DNA of 32,000 nt from NCBI RefSeq assembly GCF_000016745.1, contig NC_009483.1, positions 4,410,001-4,442,000 of the forward strand, in the 5' to 3' direction. The DNA is from Geotalea uraniireducens Rf4. Lineage in GTDB: Bacteria > Desulfobacterota > Desulfuromonadia > Geobacterales > Geobacteraceae. The notes beneath the pieces are model-generated. The model did not search any database. It was not told the origin of the DNA and worked only from the letters and a program-made list of their open reading frames with translations. The position numbers were made by a program, and so were the translations under genes. Of the stretch, positions 16,936 to 22,127 are shown piece after piece. Position 1 is the stretch's first letter; every line of letters begins with the position of its first letter.

Positions 16936-18281
16936 CTCTTACAAAACCCTCGCAGCGTTGCAATCATGAACTCCACCATCTCCCCGGTCATACCCGGATA
17001 AACCCCGATCCAGAAGGTGTCGTGCATTATTCTGTCGGTATTCTCCAGGTTACCGACGACCCGATACCCTTTCCCTTCTTCCCGCATCTCATCGAAACAG
17101 GGGTGCTTAATCAGGTTGCCGGCAAAGAGCATCCGGGTCTGGATGCCTTTGGACTCCAGGTGGCTGACGATCTCATCCCTGGTGAAACCGGCGTCTTCGC
17201 GCACGGTGAGCAGGAAGCCGAACCAACTCGGGTCAGAATCCGGCGTCGGCTCCGGGAGAATGAACCTGTCGGCAAGCTTTGCCAAACCTTCCCGCAACAG
17301 CCGCCAGTTCTTCTTCCGCGCTTCGATGAAGCCGGGTAGCTTCTCCAGTTGAGCGACTCCGATGGCCGCCTGCATGTCGGTCACCTTCAGGTTGTAGCCA
17401 AAGTGGGAATAAACGTATTTATGGTCGTAGCCGTAGGGGAGCTCGCCGAACTTTTGGGTGAAGCGGTTGCCGCAGGTGTTATCGCGGCCCGACGGGCACC
17501 AGCAGTCGCGACCCCAGTCGCGGAATGACTCCACCAGTCGCTTGAGGGTGGTGTCGTCGGTATAGACCGCCCCCCCCTCCCCCATGGTCATATGGTGGGG
17601 GGGATAAAAACTGGAGGTGCCCAGATGGCCGATGGTGCCGGTATAACGCCATTCGCCGTTGTGGAGATAGCGCGAGCCGAGCGCATCGCAGTTGTCCTCG
17701 ATCAGCCAGAGATTGTGCCGGTCACAAAAAGCCTTGACCGCCTTGAGATCGAAGGGATTACCCAGGGTATGGGCCAGCATCACCGCTTTGGTGCGGTCGG
17801 AAAGGGCAGCCTCCAGTTGGGTGCTGTCCGCATTGTAGGTGGGAAACTGCACATCAATAAAGACCGGCACTGCACCGTACTGGATAACCGGCGCAACGGT
17901 GGTGGGAAAGCCGGCAGCCACGGTAATCACCTCGTCTCCCCGTTTTATCCGTCGCGCCCCCAGCTTCGGCGAAGTAAGCGCCATGAATGCCAGCAGGTTG
18001 GCGGAGGAACCGGAATTGGTCAGTGAGCAGTGCTGAACGCCAAGGAATTCGGCGAATTCCTTTTCGAATTTCTCCGCGTATCTGCCGGTGGTAAGCCAAA
18101 AATCGAGGGAGGAATCAATCAGACTGGCAATTTCCCTTTCATCAAAAACCCGGCCGGCATAGGGTATGCGATTTCCCGGGATGAACGGCTTATCGCCTTT
18201 ATGCCTGAACTCATAATACCTGAGTGCAGCCTGAATAGCCTGCTCCCGCAACTCTTTTTCCTGTTTTTTGGCGTCGTCCAC
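16932..18281 (-). CDS. rfbH: CDP-6-deoxy-L-threo-D-glycero-4-hexulose-3-dehydrase (E1), DegT/DnrJ/EryC1 fold
   Basis: 'GRVFDEREI', '[10 protein letters not shown]', '[11 protein letters not shown]', '[16 protein letters not shown]' are RfbH/DdhC hallmarks. GTG start at 18281 with AGAGGT upstream. ATGA overlap with prt. Confidence 0.9.
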   Translation of the reverse strand: MDDAKKQEKELREQAIQAALRYYEFRHKGDKPFIPGNRIPYAGRVFDEREIASLIDSSLDFWLTTGRYAEKFEKEFAEFLGVQHCSLTNSGSSANLLAFMALTSPKLGARRIKRGDEVITVAAGFPTTVAPVIQYGAVPVFIDVQFPTYNADSTQLEAALSDRTKAVMLAHTLGNPFDLKAVKAFCDRHNLWLIEDNCDALGSRYLHNGEWRYTGTIGHLGTSSFYPPHHMTMGEGGAVYTDDTTLKRLVESFRDWGRDCWCPSGRDNTCGNRFTQKFGELPYGYDHKYVYSHFGYNLKVTDMQAAIGVAQLEKLPGFIEARKKNWRLLREGLAKLADRFILPEPTPDSDPSWFGFLLTVREDAGFTRDEIVSHLESKGIQTRMLFAGNLIKHPCFDEMREEGKGYRVVGNLENTDRIMHDTFWIGVYPGMTGEMVEFMIATLRGFCKR

Positions 18282-18325
18282 ACTATACCTCTAACTTAAC
18301 CCTTAAATATCAACATTATTAACGG

Positions 18326-19411
18326 CTATACCGTCAGGTATTCCTCCATCTGCTTGAGACAGGCCTCCCGCAGGTCCCGTTTTTCCCGATAGGCCTCCGT
18401 CCACTCAACGATGCTGTCCAGCGACCGCTCAAGGCCCCATCGCTGCCGCCACCCCAGTTCAGCCCTTGCCTTGGAGCAGTCGAGCTTCAGGAAGTGGGCC
18501 TCGTGGGGATGGTCGCCCATGTCCAGCTCATATGCTGCGCCTTCACCCCACCGGGCGCAGAGCCTCTCCACAATCCACTCAACAGGCCTGGCGTCTTCGT
18601 CATGGGGGCCGAAGTTCCACCCGGAAGCAAAAGCAGGACCTTCCTCATAGAGCCGCTGCGCCAGGAGCAGGTAGCCGGAAAGGGGTTCAAGGACATGCTG
18701 CCAGGGGCGGATGGCGTGCGGATTCCTGATCAGAATCTTTTCGCCACTCAACAGCGACTTGACGCAGTCTGGAATGAGCCGGTCAACTGCCCAGTCGCCG
18801 CCGCCGATGACATTGCCGGCCCGGGCAGTTGCCACGGCTGCGCCGTGGCGTTGAGTGGCTGAACTGTTGAGTTGTTGATTGACAAAATACGACGAGCGAT
18901 AGGCGGCTGTCACCAACTCCGAACACCCCTTGCTGTTGGAGTAGGGGTCATACCCCCCCATCGGCTCGTTTTCCCGGTACCCCCAGATCCATTCACGGTT
19001 TTCGTAGCACTTGTCGGTGGTCACGTTGACCACCGCCTTTACGCGGGGGCAGCTGCGCACCGCTTCCAGCAGGTGAACGGTCCCCATGACGTTGACGGCG
19101 TAGGTCTCCACCGGGATTTTGTACGAGTCCCGCACAAGAGGTTGGGCCGCCATGTGGATGACGATATCGGGAGAGGCCTTGACCATCTCCGACTTCAGCC
19201 GGTCACCGTCCCGCACATCGGCAATGGTCGAGGCAACAAGATCGTTGATGCCGCACAACTCAAACAGGCTCGGCTCCGTCGGCGGCGCCAGCGCATAGCC
19301 AGTCACCTCTGCCCCGAGGGAATGGAGCCACAAAGAAAGCCACGAACCCTTGAAACCTGTATGGCCGGTGAGGAAGATTTTTTTGCCTTTCCAGAACTCC
19401 ATATCATTCAT
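18326..19411 (-). CDS. rfbG: CDP-glucose 4,6-dehydratase
   Basis: 'FWKGKKIFLTGHTGFKGSWLSLWL', 'DPYSNSKGCSELV'. Start placed at ATG 19411 (MNDMEFW...). The track's longer N-terminus runs through the intergenic heptamer relic. Confidence 0.9.
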   Translation of the reverse strand: MNDMEFWKGKKIFLTGHTGFKGSWLSLWLHSLGAEVTGYALAPPTEPSLFELCGINDLVASTIADVRDGDRLKSEMVKASPDIVIHMAAQPLVRDSYKIPVETYAVNVMGTVHLLEAVRSCPRVKAVVNVTTDKCYENREWIWGYRENEPMGGYDPYSNSKGCSELVTAAYRSSYFVNQQLNSSATQRHGAAVATARAGNVIGGGDWAVDRLIPDCVKSLLSGEKILIRNPHAIRPWQHVLEPLSGYLLLAQRLYEEGPAFASGWNFGPHDEDARPVEWIVERLCARWGEGAAYELDMGDHPHEAHFLKLDCSKARAELGWRQRWGLERSLDSIVEWTEAYREKRDLREACLKQMEEYLTV

Positions 19412-19454
19412 ACATTTTCCGTTTTTGCCATTGAAGATATAAGGCCTTTCACCA

Positions 19455-19482
19455 CCGACCGCCGACTGCCGCCCCCCGACCG
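19455..19482. repeat. Degenerate 4-unit relic of the CCGACCG heptamer family
   Basis: ccgaccg, ccgactg, ccgcccc, ccgaccg. Starts 6 nt downstream of the ddhA stop (19491-19489). Same orientation as the right arm of the 24220-24372 array. Confidence 0.6.
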
Positions 19483-19488
19483 TCTTCT

Positions 19489-20259
19489 CTACCAGATTTT
19501 CCACGGCGCTCGGCCGCTGGTCCAAAGCTCCTCCAGGTGCATCTTGTCCCGTAGCGTATCCATCGGCTGCCAGAACCCCGAGTGCTTATAGGCCGCCAGC
19601 TGGCTGTCGCGCGACAATCCCTCGAGCGGTTCCTTTTCGAAGACCGTTGCGTCTCCCGCAATACGATCGAGCACCTGCGGCTCAAGGACAAAGAAACCGC
19701 CGTTGATCCATGAGCCGTCACCAGCCGGCTTTTCCTGGAATGCCGTCACATTGTTCGCGCCGTCAATGCTCAAGGCGCCGAAGCGGCCGGACGGCTGGGT
19801 GGAGGTAACGGTCGCCAGCTTGCCGTGGCGTTTGTGAAAATCAATCAGCTTGGAAATATCAACGTCCGCAACCCCATCGCCGTAGGTCAGCATGAAGGTT
19901 TCATCTGCCACATAGGGGGCAATGCGTTTTACCCTGCCGCCGGTCATCGACTCCATGCCGGTATCCACGAGGGTCACCCGCCACGGTTCGGCCTTTTTCT
20001 GGTGGACCTCCATGGAATTAGTGCGCATATCGAAGGTAACGTCGCTCATGTGGAGAAAATAGTTGGAAAAGTACTCTTTGATCACGTACCCCTTGAAGCC
20101 CAGGCAGATGACGAAGTCGTTGAAACCGTAGTGGGAGTAGATCTTCATTATATGCCAGAGGATCGGCTTGCCGCCTATCTCCACCATCGGCTTCGGCCTT
20201 ATTACCGTCTCTTCGCTGAGTCTGGTTCCCAGACCGCCTGCCAGAATGACTACTTTCAT
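19489..20259 (-). CDS. rfbF: Glucose-1-phosphate cytidylyltransferase
   Basis: 'MKVVILAGGLGTRLSEETVIRPKPMVEIGGKPILWHIMK'. ATG at 20259 with GGAG 9 nt upstream. Confidence 0.92.
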   Translation of the reverse strand: MKVVILAGGLGTRLSEETVIRPKPMVEIGGKPILWHIMKIYSHYGFNDFVICLGFKGYVIKEYFSNYFLHMSDVTFDMRTNSMEVHQKKAEPWRVTLVDTGMESMTGGRVKRIAPYVADETFMLTYGDGVADVDISKLIDFHKRHGKLATVTSTQPSGRFGALSIDGANNVTAFQEKPAGDGSWINGGFFVLEPQVLDRIAGDATVFEKEPLEGLSRDSQLAAYKHSGFWQPMDTLRDKMHLEELWTSGRAPWKIW

Positions 20260-20316
20260 GGTACGCGCTCCTCTTTTTCGTCTGCATAGTATCGGACACT
20301 TCTCCGCTGCCCACAA

Positions 20317-20931
20317 TCACTTATTCTTAGGCCCGTCGGCATGGTATATCATCCCGGGATCGACCCCCAGCCGCAGCAACTCCTGCCGCAACGCAGCCCC
20401 CCTTTTCAACGAGGTAACGACAATCCGGTGATTGCCGGACAGAAGCCCCATCGCCAAGGTGGCCACCGGCCTGTCGAAAAAGGTGCCGCCGGCTGCATCA
20501 TCATCCATGACCGCCACGAGCTCAAGCCCCGTCTCCCCAAGGGAGAGGTAGGCGATCTCCGCCACCTCATCCACCCCGCAGAAGGCGACCTTTCTTATGC
20601 CTTGGGCGTGCAGCGAGCGGAACAGGACGAGGTAGTCCTGACGGGCGATGGTATAGAGACTGGAAAAATATCCAAGGTGCTGGTAGGCGAGACGGCTTTT
20701 TTCCGCGATCCCCTGGGGGGTCAGGAGGTAGGCGTAACGGTTTCTGGGAAAGTTTTTGACCCTGACGAACCCCTTGCCGACCAGGTTCTTCAGGTAGGAA
20801 TTGACGAGACCCAAGGCAATGCCGAGCCTTCGGGACAGTTCCCGCTGGGAAATGGGTTCTTCCGTCGATATTTCCGCCATGAGCAGCAAGGCGCGGTAAC
20901 TGTCCAGGGATTTTTCATCGATATCGTTCAC
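20317..20931 (-). CDS. Winged-helix (MarR/EPS-associated type) transcriptional regulator fused to a Rossmann-like C-terminal domain
   Basis: 'ISQRELSRRLGIALGLVNSYLKNLVGKGFVRVKNFPRNRYAYLLTPQGIAEKSRL' fits the EPS-locus MarR pattern as I recall it. The C-terminal 'RKVAFCGVDEVAEIAYL...LELVAVMDDD...HRIVVTS' looks like a CoA-binding/Rossmann-type module. GTG start at 20931, no SD. Confidence 0.7.
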   Translation of the reverse strand: MNDIDEKSLDSYRALLLMAEISTEEPISQRELSRRLGIALGLVNSYLKNLVGKGFVRVKNFPRNRYAYLLTPQGIAEKSRLAYQHLGYFSSLYTIARQDYLVLFRSLHAQGIRKVAFCGVDEVAEIAYLSLGETGLELVAVMDDDAAGGTFFDRPVATLAMGLLSGNHRIVVTSLKRGAALRQELLRLGVDPGMIYHADGPKNK

Positions 20932-20944
20932 AAAATGAACGATA
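20922..20944. promoter_or_regulatory. Perfect 9-bp inverted repeat TATCGTTCA-N5-TGAACGATA over the regulator's start codon (candidate operator)
   Basis: Read directly: 20922-20930 and 20936-20944 are exact reverse complements. The GTG start (20931-20929) spans the boundary between the left arm and the 5-nt loop. Confidence 0.45.
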
Positions 20945-20967
20945 CATCAACCTGGAAAGATTAGCAA
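20939..20967 (-). promoter_or_regulatory. Candidate sigma70-type promoter TTGCTA-N17-TATCGT for the regulator/ddh operon
   Basis: On the minus strand, -35 TTGCTA (20967-20962), a 17-nt spacer, then -10 TATCGT (20944-20939). The -10 overlaps one palindrome arm. A start site here would give a nearly leaderless GTG. Confidence 0.3.
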
Positions 20968-20975
20968 TAAAAAAT

Positions 20976-21060
20976 CTGGGAACTGGGAACTGGGAACTGG
21001 GAACTGGGAAGTCCATTACCGATCCCCGATCCCGGATCCCAGTTCACCGGTTTTCTTCAG
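20976..21060. repeat. Composite element copy 1: (CTGGGAA)x5 + conserved 31-nt G/C-run core with (CCGATCC-like)x3
   Basis: Five perfect units at 20976-21010. Core 'taccgatccccgatcccggatcccagttcac' is at 21017-21047. The TAA stop of the DUF2304 gene (21018-21016) lies between array and core. On the coding strand the array is followed by ATTTTTTATT. Confidence 0.95.
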
Positions 21061-21396
21061 TTTCTCGAACTCGTGACGCATGAGCGCATTATCCTGCACA
21101 AGGTCCTTCAGCTGGTCGGAGAGCCGGGAAATCTTGATGGAAAACTGCACCGCCAGCAGGATGAGGAAGATGATGGAGCCGAAGAAGAGCGTCGAAGTGG
21201 GGAGTTCGGCGCCGACAAGGTGGGTAAGGGCCACCAGCCAGTCGTACTTGATGACCAGGATGAACATGGTGAAGCTGGTGACGAGCCAGAGCACCGAATA
21301 CTCCTCCCGCAGCCGTTTTTTGCGCACCATTTCGATGGTGAATACGAACACGAGAAGACTGACAACGAGGGCGAATATCTGCTGCTTTATCGGCAT
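21016..21396 (-). CDS. DUF2304-type small integral membrane protein
   Basis: 'VRKKRLREEYSVLWLVTSF...' followed by hydrophobic helices and an amphipathic tail. The classic pairing directly downstream of a GT2 gene supports the call (3-nt gap). Confidence 0.75.
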   Translation of the reverse strand: MPIKQQIFALVVSLLVFVFTIEMVRKKRLREEYSVLWLVTSFTMFILVIKYDWLVALTHLVGAELPTSTLFFGSIIFLILLAVQFSIKISRLSDQLKDLVQDNALMRHEFEKLKKTGELGSGIGDR

Positions 21397-21399
21397 TTC

Positions 21400-22113
21400 C
21401 TACCTCCGATACAATTGACGGTTCCTGAGCAGGGTAACGACTATGGAAAGACACATCTTGAACATGTAATAAAGCGGTTTGAAACCGCTGTGCATGGTCT
21501 TCCCCGCAGCATTGGCAAACATGCGCACCGGAATTTCCCTGATCCTGAATCCGGCCAGGTTCAGGGTTATCAGCATATCCGCATCGGGATAATCGCAGGG
21601 AAAGACGTCGGTGGTGAAAAACCGCATGACGTCGCGGTTAAAGGCCTGGTAGCCGGAAGTGGGGTCGGATATGGTCCGGCCGATCAGGGAGGAGACCAGT
21701 TTGCGAAAGAAGAGTATCCCCAGCCGGCGGGAAAAGGATGGACGGTAGCTTTCCACCCCCAGAAAACGCGAACCGACGACAAAATCCGTGTCTCCGGCTA
21801 CAACCGGCCTCATCAGCTCGGGGATGAATGCCGGGTCATGCTGGCCGTCGCCGTCGATCTGCACCAGGAAGTCGTAACCCTTGGCGTAAGCGAACTTGTA
21901 AGCGGTCTGGATCGTCACGCCATATCCCATGTTGAACGAGTGTGAAACGACGATGGCTCCTGCCGCCGCGGCTTCCCGGGCAGTGCTGTCTTTGGAGCCG
22001 TCATTCACCACCAGGATATCGAAATCGGGGACAACGCGCCGCACGTTTTCGATGACACGGGCAATCACCCCCCCCTCGTTGTAGGCAGGTATCACGACAA
22101 TGGTTTTGGACAT
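21400..22113 (-). CDS. GT2 polyprenyl-phosphate glycosyltransferase (GtrB/DPM1/ArnC-like)
   Basis: 'IVVIPAYNEGGVIARVIENV...ILVVNDGSKDST', 'LVQIDGDGQHDP' (DxD). Short soluble-plus-C-terminal-tail format typical of lipid-carrier sugar synthases. Confidence 0.8.
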   Translation of the reverse strand: MSKTIVVIPAYNEGGVIARVIENVRRVVPDFDILVVNDGSKDSTAREAAAAGAIVVSHSFNMGYGVTIQTAYKFAYAKGYDFLVQIDGDGQHDPAFIPELMRPVVAGDTDFVVGSRFLGVESYRPSFSRRLGILFFRKLVSSLIGRTISDPTSGYQAFNRDVMRFFTTDVFPCDYPDADMLITLNLAGFRIREIPVRMFANAAGKTMHSGFKPLYYMFKMCLSIVVTLLRNRQLYRR

Positions 22114-22127
22114 TCAGAAACCTTTTT

